Shown here: positions 27,164 to 35,912 of the stretch, one piece after another
How the letters are laid out: each line of letters begins with the position of its first letter
Numbering within the stretch: the stretch's first letter is position 1
NCBI GenBank assembly: GCA_965220075.1
Contig: OZ244806.1
Span: 2,519,925 to 2,583,924 of the forward strand
Origin: Chloroflexota bacterium
GTDB taxonomy: Bacteria; Chloroflexota; UBA11872
Reading direction: 5' to 3'
Length of the DNA: 64,000 bases
Notes under the pieces: generated by a model
Told to the model about the DNA's origin: nothing
Seen by the model: only the letters and a program-made list of their open reading frames with translations
The model's database searches: none
Made by a program: the position numbers and the translations under genes

Positions 27164-28880
27164 CCGCGACCGCGTCCTCTAGCAGCTGGACCGCCACGGC
27201 AGGAAGATTGTCTGACGGCAGTGAGTCAATGAACGGTCCATGCAATGAGTTGCTCTTTATGAAACGAATCGCCGTTTCAGTGATCTCCGATCTGGTGAGT
27301 ACGTCGAGGTTCCGAGGCTCAGCTAAGCCTGCGGCCGCTGCAACGTCCTTGAGCGCCTGAATTAGTATTCCTTCGGGCACGCCATTCACAATGGCCGCCT
27401 CAATGGCGAAGTCGTCTGGAAGCCGAACAACCGCATCTGCTGAATTGCCGTGGGTTTGCAAGTACTGCTGCACCTCTCGACGAGTGTCACCGTCGACCAC
27501 CGCGACTGCACGTAGACCAATGTCTCGGGCCGCATCCGCCAGCTTCAAGACGGCGGCATAGCCACCGGAGCCTCCCGATCCCGCGTTGACAATCGAGACT
27601 CCCCGTGTCGCGGGAAGCGCCAAGCCCTGCTCCGCAGACATCCGCAACGCGAGGTTGTGCAGTGCGGCAAAATCATTAGGTCCTTCCACAATGACTACTG
27701 AACGGTAGCTGAGAGCTGGAAGCAGATTGCGATGCCAGTGCTTGGCTGCGACATTCTCAGCCTTGGTCGTTGGCCGCCTGCCTTGGCGGACAAATCGCTC
27801 TCCATTCCCGTCTCTCCCTAGCCTGACGACCTCCTGGGGGTCGAATACCTCCGCGACAGCTGACACCCTAGTGGTCACCCACGCCTGTCCCGCCAACCTT
27901 CGGATGACGGCTGTCATGTGTGCAGATGATGCAGCATCTAGCCCGTCGCCGAGATCGTCGACGGCTAGGACTGGACCGGCGCCTGACGAGAGGGCCAGTG
28001 CCTCAGCTATGCGAAATAGCGAGGCGGCAGTTGACCCGCGCCGCCACGCCGGAAGGCTGCCTGCACCGTCACCAAGGTCAAGGGACGGACCAAGCGAGCG
28101 GAGAAGCCCACTTGGCGATCCATCTTCAGGCGCAAACTGGAAGAGTTGCGATACGTCTGTTGTCGAGAGTCCGAGTAGGTCCCTGAGCGGGGTGACTACA
28201 TCTTCAAGGGCCTCATTGATTTGGTCTGAACCGGTGAACTGCCCAGCGGCCTGAACGACTGCCTGCACGTACTGGGCAATCGCCGTCGCAAAGTCGTCGC
28301 CTCCAGCCCTGTCGATCACGCGCCGGAATGCGCCGCGAGGCCCAAGGTCGAGGATCCGTCCTTCACTCCAGCGCAGACGATTGAATCCCAACCTCTCAAC
28401 ATCCCGGCGTCTGATGTGGAGGAACGAATCGGAGGTTGGATCAGATTCCTTTGGATAGAAGATCCACTCTTCGCACCGCTCCTCCTCAAGAATCCACCTG
28501 GCCCAGTACTCCAGCCGCAGAACCCATTCAAATCGATCTTGGTCGACTTCTTCTATGTCCTCGATTTCTGGAAGGAGGCGGCCCTCACACCTGTCCCACA
28601 GTTCCAAATGGTCGAGGAAGTCCTGTTCCAGCTGCTCGCCAAGTCCACCGAGGGTGACCCCGATCCGAATGGGCCGGGTCGTGATTCTGTTATGGAAGTC
28701 AATTTCAGTGGTAGTCCCGGTGGCCCTGGCGTCGGAATCAAGTACGCGTGCCAGCGCTTCAATAAGGTCAGTCCTCTCCGCACCCGGTTCGCCCATGACC
28801 ACAACGTGACCTCTGGGCGCGACCCGGAAGTCGGAGAAGCCTCGAAATCGCCTTATGTGGAGTTCTTTAACATGCATCAA
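27147..28880 (-). CDS. gajA: OLD-family ABC-type ATPase with C-terminal TOPRIM nuclease domain (GajA-like; P-loop degenerate)
   Basis: 577 aa. N-terminus IRRFRGFSDFRVAPRGHVVVMGEPGAERTDLIEAL has the layout of OLD/GajA ATPases, but the Walker A reads GEPGAERT instead of GxxxxGK[ST]. The C-terminus has TOPRIM glutamate and DxD motifs (VVIVEGPNDFAALHNL, AVAVVDGDTRRE). Confidence 0.8.
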   Translation of the reverse strand: MMHVKELHIRRFRGFSDFRVAPRGHVVVMGEPGAERTDLIEALARVLDSDARATGTTTEIDFHNRITTRPIRIGVTLGGLGEQLEQDFLDHLELWDRCEGRLLPEIEDIEEVDQDRFEWVLRLEYWARWILEEERCEEWIFYPKESDPTSDSFLHIRRRDVERLGFNRLRWSEGRILDLGPRGAFRRVIDRAGGDDFATAIAQYVQAVVQAAGQFTGSDQINEALEDVVTPLRDLLGLSTTDVSQLFQFAPEDGSPSGLLRSLGPSLDLGDGAGSLPAWRRGSTAASLFRIAEALALSSGAGPVLAVDDLGDGLDAASSAHMTAVIRRLAGQAWVTTRVSAVAEVFDPQEVVRLGRDGNGERFVRQGRRPTTKAENVAAKHWHRNLLPALSYRSVVIVEGPNDFAALHNLALRMSAEQGLALPATRGVSIVNAGSGGSGGYAAVLKLADAARDIGLRAVAVVDGDTRREVQQYLQTHGNSADAVVRLPDDFAIEAAIVNGVPEGILIQALKDVAAAAGLAEPRNLDVLTRSEITETAIRFIKSNSLHGPFIDSLPSDNLPAVAVQLLEDAVAVAAGT

Positions 28881-29224
28881 TGGGCATTGGCAGCTTCGTG
28901 GTCTGAGAGATTGCTAACTTGAGGCTGCGCCTCATGAGCCTATCTTGAGAACGAAGTGCAAGCAACCCGCTGGCCAGATGCGAAGCTGGCCTCGTCGTCG
29001 CAGAAGGCGGCCCCTATGCGACGCGTGACAGATTGCCCTAGCGGTCCCGGACCAGCAGGACTTCGCTGAGGCCCCGGGCGATGCCGAGTCGGTCGCCGCT
29101 CGACACATTTCCCAGTTGGGCTGTGTCTTGGCCACCAGGGGCACGGGCGGCGAAGCAAATCATAGGGCAACCACGAGAGTCGCCGTTACGGGTGCGTCAG
29201 GGCAGGGGCTGAACCGCAGCGGCG

Positions 29225-29563
29225 CTAGACACAGCCGGTGGCGACGGCGAGGGCGCGGCAGACCTGGCGCATCTTGGTTGGGCTGAGGGTGCCGACGTAG
29301 CGGTGCAGCCGGCGTTGCTCGACGGTTTGCACGTGGTCGAGGTTGACGGCGGAGTCGTGCCGCAGGCCCTCGTCCGCGCCGACGACGACCTCGCTCGGCA
29401 GGCCGCGGATAGTGGACGTGATCGGCGCAACCATCGCTGTGGGCAGCAGCGGCAACACTTCCTGGCGCGTGAGGACGACGACCGGGCGCCGCTTGTCGGG
29501 CCGCTCGAAGCCGTAGTGCCAGATCGCGCCGCGGCGCGGCCCGGCGTCTAGTCCTCGGGCCAT
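29225..29563 (-). CDS. mazF: Type II toxin, PemK/MazF-family endoribonuclease
   Basis: 112 aa. GAIWHYGFERPDKRRPVVVLTRQEV...VAPITSTIRGLPSEVVV...SAVNLDHVQTVEQRRL matches MazF/PemK. Overlaps the upstream antitoxin gene by 16 nt. Confidence 0.85.
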   Translation of the reverse strand: MARGLDAGPRRGAIWHYGFERPDKRRPVVVLTRQEVLPLLPTAMVAPITSTIRGLPSEVVVGADEGLRHDSAVNLDHVQTVEQRRLHRYVGTLSPTKMRQVCRALAVATGCV

Positions 29564-29781
29564 ACACCTGCCTCAGCCCATCCCTCGAACTCGGCGTCAA
29601 GCCCGCCGGACGGGCGATAGCCCGCGCGGTAACGGAGGGCGATGCCCTCGGCGTCCTTGCGGGCCAGGTAGGCGGCCGCCGCCTCACGCAGGACGGCCGA
29701 GCGGTCCCGCTCCCGCACCGCCGGATGCGCGTCGAGCCGCGCGAGCAGCGCCTCGTCGAATGTCACCTGTATGGGCTTCAT
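29548..29781 (-). CDS. Ribbon-helix-helix antitoxin (MazE/CopG-like) paired with the MazF-like toxin
   Basis: 77 aa from ATG 29781. MKPIQVTFDEALLARLDAH... is an RHH N-terminus. The longer ORF in the track is rejected because it extends through an AT-rich promoter. Confidence 0.75.
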   Translation of the reverse strand: MKPIQVTFDEALLARLDAHPAVRERDRSAVLREAAAAYLARKDAEGIALRYRAGYRPSGGLDAEFEGWAEAGVWPED

Positions 29782-29787
29782 AGCTAT

Positions 29788-29811
29788 AAGAATACTATAT
29801 ATCTTATACAC
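29788..29811. promoter_or_regulatory. AT-rich palindrome TATAAGA-N10-TCTTATA just upstream of the antitoxin start (candidate TA operator/promoter)
   Basis: Inverted repeat within the only strongly AT-rich 30 bp of the region, 7 nt upstream of the antitoxin ATG. Confidence 0.35.
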
Positions 29812-29974
29812 ATCACCGCCCAGTAGCTGCGCATCGGCACTTGCCGCCCCTGCAGACATTCCGAACGCAAGTGAGGAATCTAGAGCGGCCGCGGCACGTT
29901 CCCTGCTCCTTAGATTCCTCGCGTTGCTCGGAATGACGAGATGGGCGATCCGAGCGTACGGTGGACGCTCCCAG

Positions 29975-30012
29975 GCTGCACGCAGCCTGGGCCACCGGAC
30001 CTGGCTTTTATT
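29975..30012 (+). terminator. REP-type hairpin (CCCAGGCTGCACGCAGCCTGGG) followed by T-tract CTTTTATTTTT; intrinsic-terminator-like
   Basis: Perfect 10-bp stem with a 2-nt loop, followed by a U-rich run on the plus strand. Shares the ...GGGCCACCGG tail with the REP family. Related hairpins lie at 50247-50275 and 50411-50440. Confidence 0.4.
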
Positions 30013-30104
30013 TTTGAGTCGAAACAAACGCCCGAACACATATAAAAACTCCCGCCCCAAAGGACTGGACCTCTGTTGGGCGCACCCACTGTGCGCTGCT
30101 CGTT

Positions 30105-30283
30105 TGCCTGTCATTCCGGCCTTGCGCCGGAATCCAGGCCCGGGCCGCCGGGCACAGTCTGTGTAGGGGCGCCCCTCGTGGGCACCCTGGGGTACCGGCA
30201 GCGAATCCGGGGACAGGGCAACCACAAGGGTTGCCCCTACGCGAATCCCACCTCTGGGGCTACCACGAGGGTTACCCCCCATT
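30105..30283. repeat. Structured repeat/MITE-like segment abutting the IS481 left end (hairpin CATTCCGGC-CTTGC-GCCGGAATG, then CCAGGCCC core)
   Basis: Shares the hairpin plus GGAATCCAGGCCC core with repeats at 33083-33180 and 47281-47381. Additional internal inverted motifs CCCCTCGTGGG / CCACGAGGG. Confidence 0.45.
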
Positions 30284-31536
30284 TGTGAATTGTCCAGACC
30301 GGGGACATGGTGAACACATCTAGGCGGACTCGCGCAGGTCGAGAGAGCCCAGGTGGTCGGTCATGAAGATGGCGTCCCAGCAGCCGTCGGTGGGCCTGGG
30401 CCGAAACGCGACCGGCTGGCCGCGCAACGCCTTGGGCAGGCGCAGTTGGCGGCCTTGGAAGGAGACCCAGCCGCCCTGCTGGACCTTGCGCACTTGGTCG
30501 GCGGGCTGGTAGGGCAGCGGCGGCAGGTGCGCCGGGTAGGGCCTGGGGCTGATCTGGTAGCGGCTGGCCGGTACGGCCAGACCCAGGCTCTCGTGCGGGC
30601 GCACGTGGTTGTACTGGTGCCGCCAGGCAGCAAAGGCAGCCTGCCAGGCGGCCAGATCGGGCTGTGGCGGCTGGCCCGCCAGTTCGCGCTTGAGGGTGCC
30701 GTGGAAGCGCTCGTCCTTGCCCAGCGTCTGCGGGTGGTAGGGCCGGCTGTGGCTGACCGCCACGCCCAGGCGCCGCAGCCAGACGGTCAGCGGGGTGTAG
30801 GGATGGGCCGGATGGTTGCCCCAGGGACTGCCGTTGTCGACCAGCCGGCGGTCGGGCAGCCCGTAGCGCTGGAAGGTGGCGATCAGGTGGGCGCGCACCG
30901 TGGCGGTGCGCTGATTGGGGCAGGCCACCAGCCCGAGCGCGTAGCGCGAATGGTCATCGAGGATGGTGAGGGGATGGCAGCGGCCGGGGCCGCAGGGCCA
31001 GCCGGCTTTGAAGTCCATCTGCCAGAGGGCGTTGGGGTAGGGCTGCTCGAACCGCTGGTAGGCGCGCGCCTGGCCCGCCCCCTGGGCGGGGTCCAGGGCC
31101 CCATGGCGACGCAGGATGGCGCTGATGGTGGAGACCGCCGGCAGCGGCTGGAGGCCCTGCCGGGCCAGCAAAACGCGCAGCTTGCGCGCGCCCCAGGCGG
31201 GATGCTGCGCACGCAAGGCCAGCACCGCCTGCTCCATCGCAGGGGCCGTCTGCCCCGGACTGTGGTGCGGTCGCCGCGCGCGCTCCGCCAGCCCCGCCGG
31301 GCCTTCCGCCGCATAGCGCTGCAACCACTTGTAGGCCGTGGCGGGCGCAATCCCGAAGCGCCGGCAGAGCGCCCGCCGGTTCGCCCCAGGCTGTCTCGCC
31401 AGCGCCACAAACTCGGCCCGTTGCTCCCTCATCGACCGGTCCTCAAACGGCACGTCATCAGGCCCCCGTCCTCTGCGAATGTGTTCACTATGTCCCCGAA
31501 CATGTGTTCATGATGTCCCCGGTCTGCACAGAATCA
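30284..31536 (-). mobile_element. IS481-family insertion sequence (about 1.25 kb) with terminal inverted repeats
   Basis: IR-L 30284-30319 TGTGAATTGTCCAGACCGGGGACATGGTGAACACAT. IR-R 31502-31536 reverse complement TGATTCTGTGCAGACCGGGGACATCATGAACACAT (23/25 identical in the core). Encloses a single DDE integrase-core transposase. Confidence 0.8.
30320..31453 (-). CDS. IS481-family transposase (rve/integrase core domain, DDE)
   Basis: 377 aa. N-terminal HTH (GIAPATAYKWLQRY) and integrase core with HSRPYHPQTLGKDERFHGTLKRE (the third-carboxylate region typical of IS481/IS3-type rve domains). Confidence 0.9.
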   Translation of the reverse strand: MPFEDRSMREQRAEFVALARQPGANRRALCRRFGIAPATAYKWLQRYAAEGPAGLAERARRPHHSPGQTAPAMEQAVLALRAQHPAWGARKLRVLLARQGLQPLPAVSTISAILRRHGALDPAQGAGQARAYQRFEQPYPNALWQMDFKAGWPCGPGRCHPLTILDDHSRYALGLVACPNQRTATVRAHLIATFQRYGLPDRRLVDNGSPWGNHPAHPYTPLTVWLRRLGVAVSHSRPYHPQTLGKDERFHGTLKRELAGQPPQPDLAAWQAAFAAWRHQYNHVRPHESLGLAVPASRYQISPRPYPAHLPPLPYQPADQVRKVQQGGWVSFQGRQLRLPKALRGQPVAFRPRPTDGCWDAIFMTDHLGSLDLRESA

Positions 31537-31626
31537 GGGCGGGGTTGAACAGGTGGGACGTCAGCCGTCGGAGTCTGTATGAGATACTCGCTCAATGGCG
31601 CCCCATAGGTTCTCATAGACATTTGT

Positions 31627-32091
31627 ATGGATAACAACTTCCAAAGGAAAGGCTCAATCTCAAACGCTCATATTGGGCATGACTTTGAAGATCATGCACA
31701 GGAACACCTTCGCAGTTGCGGCATCTCACTTAGAAAGAACTATTCTGTTAAAATTGGAGTTTCTAAAGGCAACGATAAAGAACGCCATTTTGATCTCGGA
31801 TCAGATATCCCGCCAGTACTATTCGAGTGTAAATCTCACACATGGACAGAAAGCGGAAATACTCCAAGCGCTAAGATTACTGTTTGGAATGGGGCCATGT
31901 ATTTCTTCCATATTGCGCCGCCTGAATATCGCAAAATCCTGTTCGTGCTAAGGGATTATTCCGCTAAAAAGAGGGGAACTCTCGCGCAATACTACGTCAG
32001 AAACTATATCCATCTGATACCTGATGATATCGAGATTTGGGAGTTTGACGTCGCCAGAGGCGTAGAGATCCTGCGTGATACGCTGACCTGA
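31627..32091 (+). CDS. hypothetical small protein with PD-(D/E)xK nuclease-like motif, AT-rich (foreign)
   Basis: 154 aa in a roughly 42% GC segment directly after the IS. FDLGSD...VLFECKSH gives a D...E-x-K signature. No other recognisable domain. Confidence 0.5.
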   Translation: MDNNFQRKGSISNAHIGHDFEDHAQEHLRSCGISLRKNYSVKIGVSKGNDKERHFDLGSDIPPVLFECKSHTWTESGNTPSAKITVWNGAMYFFHIAPPEYRKILFVLRDYSAKKRGTLAQYYVRNYIHLIPDDIEIWEFDVARGVEILRDTLT

Positions 32092-32121
32092 TGGACATCT
32101 CTCCCCACGGACCGCTCGCCT

Positions 32122-32892
32122 ATGCCGCTGACTGAGGCCCAGATCGCCCGCTTCCGCGTGGACGGCTTCCTGGTGGTGGAGGACGTCGTCCCGCCGGACC
32201 GGATGGCGGAGATGCACCGGCGCATCTCCGCCATCACCTCCGCCGCCGGCATGGAGGATGCGGAGCGCATGGGCATGCAGATTGAGCCGGATGCCGCCGG
32301 CGCTGCCGCGTTGCCGCGGAAGCTGAACGAGCTGGCGCCGCATGACGCCGTTTTCCGCCGGCACGCCGAGATGCCGGAGTTGCTGGACATGGTGCGCCAG
32401 CTCACTGGCGGACCGCTGCGTCTATATGCCGATCAGGCGTTTCTCAAGCCCCCGCGGCAAGGCAGCGCCAAACCCCCGCATCAGGACAACGCCCACTTCG
32501 GCGTGGACCCGCCAGACTGGGGCGTGACCGCGTGGTGCGCCCTGGACGATGCCACGGTGGCCAACGGCTGCATGCAGTACATCTCCGGGTCGCACCGGTT
32601 GGGCAACGTGCCGCACGAGTGGATGGAGGGGACGACCCATCTCGTACCGCACGGCGTCGAGTTGGCCGCGCCCGTCCACGCGCCGGTGCGCGCGGGTGGC
32701 GTGATCTTCCACCACCTGCTCACGCTGCACATGTCGGCGCCCAACACCAGTGGCGACTGGCGGCGGGCGTATGCCTGCCACTACATCCGCACCGACGCTC
32801 GGCACGCGGACGAGGAGCCGATCAAGGCGAAGCTCGGAAAGGAGCACCCGCTGGGTGGCGGGGCAGAACCATCACCCCATCCCTTGACCTAA
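32122..32892 (+). CDS. Phytanoyl-CoA dioxygenase (PhyH) family Fe(II)/2-oxoglutarate-dependent oxygenase
   Basis: 256 aa. FRVDGFLVVEDV..., HQDNAHF (HxD iron ligands), GCMQYISGSHR, and the second His in IFHHLLTLHMSAPN. Confidence 0.9.
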   Translation: MPLTEAQIARFRVDGFLVVEDVVPPDRMAEMHRRISAITSAAGMEDAERMGMQIEPDAAGAAALPRKLNELAPHDAVFRRHAEMPELLDMVRQLTGGPLRLYADQAFLKPPRQGSAKPPHQDNAHFGVDPPDWGVTAWCALDDATVANGCMQYISGSHRLGNVPHEWMEGTTHLVPHGVELAAPVHAPVRAGGVIFHHLLTLHMSAPNTSGDWRRAYACHYIRTDARHADEEPIKAKLGKEHPLGGGAEPSPHPLT

Positions 32893-32943
32893 CCGAGACT
32901 TTCGCGTATCCCCGCGCCATTCCCGCGAAGCATGTCCCGCGCA

Positions 32944-33180
32944 AGGAGACCTTTGCATAACTGGTCGACACCCCACTCGCAAGCCTCGGATCACCTGTCC
33001 ACCATGTCTCCGGTCTGGACACAAGGGAGAGGGGATAAGGCCCGCTCTCCCGCCTCCGCTGGAGAGGTTACGCAAAGGTCTCCGCAAGCGGGGAGCCGGA
33101 ATCCAGGCCCCACCCAACCTGGAACTGGGTGAGGTTCTCCCCACACATCCTGGGCCTCGCCGGGTTAGGCAAACGTCTCC
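32944..33180. mobile_element. Tandem MITE-like elements carrying the 16-bp terminal repeat GGAGACCTTTGCRTAA shared with the IS5-family IS at 60442-61632
   Basis: L-type end GGAGACCTTTGCATAA at 32944-32959. R-type ends TTACGCAAAGGTCTCC at 33068-33083 and TTAGGCAAACGTCTCC at 33165-33180. The internal core GGAATCCAGGCCCCACCCAACCTGGAAC...ACATCCTGGGCCT...CCGGGTTAGGCAAAC is conserved with the 47261-47381 copy. Confidence 0.6.
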
Positions 33181-34057
33181 AACGGGGAGACCGAGACGGC
33201 CGGTTCGCGAACCGCCCCCTCGGGGGAGATGAGGGCGGGACGCCTTGGTAGATGGCGAAGCCGAAGTTCTCCTGGAGGAGTTCCAGCTTGTGCCCGTCCC
33301 AACGCCATAGGTGTTCGCAGCTGGAGCCGGCTCGGGTACCCCACAAGTCACCGACAACATGCACGCGGAAGTCTTGCGGGTTCATCGCGGGATACGCCTG
33401 CTGCGCTGCTCCCAGGGACGTGCGCGGCCAACCTTCAATGCCCCCGGGGTCATCACCGCTGTCATCGTCGTCTGCTTCCAGCTCATCCTCATCAAAATCG
33501 TCGTCGCCCGTATCCGGCTGAGGCCCATCCTGGATGGGATGGGCGAAATAGCTCCAGCGGTGCACGCAGAACTCTGCGTAGTCGAAGCGGGCGTGATCCG
33601 GTTCGCCCCGGATCACGTCTAGGTGCGTTGTCCCATCAACTATCTGATCTAGCAGCTCCTGATCGAGATTCTCAAGCTCGGTATGCCACCGCTGTGGGCG
33701 CGAGGCCTCTTGTTGGAGCATAAGCTGATTGAACTCCGCGAACTCGCTTTGCAGCAGACAAATGACGGGGTTCGGCGGGTCAGCGGGCAGAAGCTCCCGC
33801 GCAGCGACGAGGCCGGGCCAGTTGGTGGAGAACATGATCGTGGGGATGTCCTCAGCACCGCCGAAGATGCGGCGCTGGCCCTGAATCCGATTCAGGCCGG
33901 CCTCGTCGTTCCAGCCCCAGTGGTAGAAGTCGCTGCCGATGATGCGGCGCTGCTGGTCATCCTCGGCCGAGAGAGAGGACCGGTCTGGAATCGGGTCGCG
34001 CTGACGTGCACGTACGGCAAAGGTCCTCAGCTCCGCGATCCAGGTGCGCCTATCCAT
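33068..34057 (-). CDS. hypothetical acidic protein (329 aa); C-terminus and stop codon supplied by the MITE
   Basis: Long ORF with an Asp/Glu-rich linker (DTGDDDFDEDELEADDDDSGDD). The last ~40 codons and the TAA stop lie inside the repeat, suggesting the native 3' end was replaced by the insertion. Confidence 0.5.
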   Translation of the reverse strand: MDRRTWIAELRTFAVRARQRDPIPDRSSLSAEDDQQRRIIGSDFYHWGWNDEAGLNRIQGQRRIFGGAEDIPTIMFSTNWPGLVAARELLPADPPNPVICLLQSEFAEFNQLMLQQEASRPQRWHTELENLDQELLDQIVDGTTHLDVIRGEPDHARFDYAEFCVHRWSYFAHPIQDGPQPDTGDDDFDEDELEADDDDSGDDPGGIEGWPRTSLGAAQQAYPAMNPQDFRVHVVGDLWGTRAGSSCEHLWRWDGHKLELLQENFGFAIYQGVPPSSPPRGRFANRPSRSPRWRRLPNPARPRMCGENLTQFQVGWGLDSGSPLAETFA

Positions 34058-34327
34058 GGGTATATCCCCACGCTACACGAGTACCGGTCGGGCCGACGCC
34101 GCGAACGGTGCGATACCGAGCATAGATACCCAGGGTTGTCGACGCCGACCTCCGTGCTCGATCACCGCGTGGGAGGCGGGGGCGTTGACGGGCGAGCGCC
34201 GGTATCCGATGCCTGGGAGCCGTTCAGAAACGCCCTCGACCCCAAGAGGCGGCTCGCATAACCAGGGCGGAGACGCCGCCCTGACGCCATTGCCATGGGT
34301 CGGAGCCTTAGGGAGCTTCCGACGTGT

Positions 34328-35497
34328 CTAGCCGGGATAGTCCCCCAGGGCGTCCGCGGCGGCCTCGATGTCCGACGCGTCGTTGAAGGCGTGGAAGCAA
34401 AAGCGCACGGCCGTGTAGCCGTCCGCGGCCCGGCACAGAATGCGGTGGGCCTTGAGGCAGTGGGCGGCCAGCGGGGTCCCGGAGACGCCCTCCAAGCCGA
34501 CTGTGAAGATTCCGGAACGCACGGCGCCTTGCTCGGGCGTGTTGATGCGGGCGCCGGGAACGTCGCTGAAGACGCGGCGGGCATCGGCCGCGAGCGCCGC
34601 GCTGCGCTGCTGGATGGCTTCCAGGCCCAAGTCGTTCAGCAGTCGAATCGAGGCGCGCCAGGCGGCGTAGAGCGCGTAGGGACGAGCGCCAAACTCGTAG
34701 CGCTCGGCGGTCGGGTGCAGACGGAAACGGCCCGGCGGGAAAGCGGAATCGGCCGCCGCGCCGACGCCGCTGCCCCAGGGATGCAGGCGTGCCTGGGCAT
34801 CGCGCCGGACGTACATGGCGCCCACGCCGTACGGCCCCATGCTCCACTTGTAGGCAGGGAAGGCCATGACGTCACAACCAAGCTGGCGCACGTCAGCGGG
34901 GCAGGCGCCGAAGGATTGCGCGGCATCCACCACGGTGACAACGCCGCGTTCGCGGGCCAGCGCGGAGACCCCGTCGACCGGCAGCACGATCCCGCGCTCC
35001 GTGGTGACGTGGCTCAGACAGATCGCGCGCGTGTTGGCCGTCATTGCTGCCTCAAGGTCGCGCAGGAAGGCGTGGTCGTCGCCGTCGGCTTCGATCGCGA
35101 CCAGCTCCAGACCGAGGCAATCCCGTAGCGTGAGCCAGGGGAGATAGCCGCTGGGGTGCTCCTCAGCGGTGAGAATGACGCGGTCGCCGCGTTGCAACTG
35201 AAGCGCAGCGGCCACGAACGAGATGGCCTCCGAGACGGCGCGGATCAGCGCGATCTCGTCCGGCTCCGCGCCGAGCAGCGCGGCGATCTCGCTGCGCAGG
35301 GCGCGCAGTTCGGCGTTGTAGACGTCAACCAGATCGGGGTTCGTGGTCGTCATGACCGCTTCGCGGTCGTAGAAGGCTTGCTGCAGGTCGAGCGTGGCTT
35401 GCGGGGTCGGCGCAACGCCGCCGGAGTTCAGGCAGCGGTAGTGGCGCAGGGCCGGGATCCCCTCGCGCAGTTCGGTGAAGGTGTTGGTGTCAACCAT
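34328..35497 (-). CDS. Class-V aminotransferase-fold PLP enzyme (cysteine desulfurase/isopenicillin-N-epimerase-like)
   Basis: From ATG 35497. VDAAQSFGACPADVRQLGCDVMAFPAYKWSMGPYGVGAMYVR contains the PLP-lysine region of the SufS/NifS/CsdA family. Confidence 0.85.
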   Translation of the reverse strand: MVDTNTFTELREGIPALRHYRCLNSGGVAPTPQATLDLQQAFYDREAVMTTTNPDLVDVYNAELRALRSEIAALLGAEPDEIALIRAVSEAISFVAAALQLQRGDRVILTAEEHPSGYLPWLTLRDCLGLELVAIEADGDDHAFLRDLEAAMTANTRAICLSHVTTERGIVLPVDGVSALARERGVVTVVDAAQSFGACPADVRQLGCDVMAFPAYKWSMGPYGVGAMYVRRDAQARLHPWGSGVGAAADSAFPPGRFRLHPTAERYEFGARPYALYAAWRASIRLLNDLGLEAIQQRSAALAADARRVFSDVPGARINTPEQGAVRSGIFTVGLEGVSGTPLAAHCLKAHRILCRAADGYTAVRFCFHAFNDASDIEAAADALGDYPG

Positions 35498-35912
35498 GGG
35501 TCGGGGGTACGTCAATCCAGCGGCGTGTGCCGGCCGCTTCAAGGGCGGCATCGATGACCTGCTGTATGCGGAGTCCGTCCATCAGGATAGGCGGTGCTTC
35601 GCGGTTCTCCCGAATGCAGTCCACAAACCCAAGCCTTATGCGCTCGCCGAAGTACGCAGGGGTGCGGGCGCGATCGGCGTCGTCCAGTGGCAGTCCCGGG
35701 TCGACAAATTCAGCAAAGCGCCCCAGCCGGTGGATCATGGCCCGCAGCACGCCGTCGGTCAAAATGCCGGCGCCACGCTCCCGATTCGGGCCGGCGATGG
35801 CTGCTACGCCGGCGTTGGGCACCGTATGGAGTCCTTGCGCGCTGTTGCAGGGCATTCGGCGAGCGCATGGCCGCAGATGGCGGCGGTCTAGACCTGAAAT
35901 CGTGTGCCGGAA

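Noticed and set aside
29548-30282. 244-aa version of the antitoxin ORF
   Set aside because: The N-terminal 167 codons run through the AT-rich promoter, the REP hairpin and the terminator-like sequence. Only the C-terminal 77 aa (RHH fold) with its own ATG are credible.
30013-33190. CRISPR array suggested by recurring GGAATCCAGGCCC-containing units
   Set aside because: The units are few, irregularly spaced by kilobases and carry internal hairpins and TIRs. No regularly spaced repeat-spacer structure or cas genes are present.
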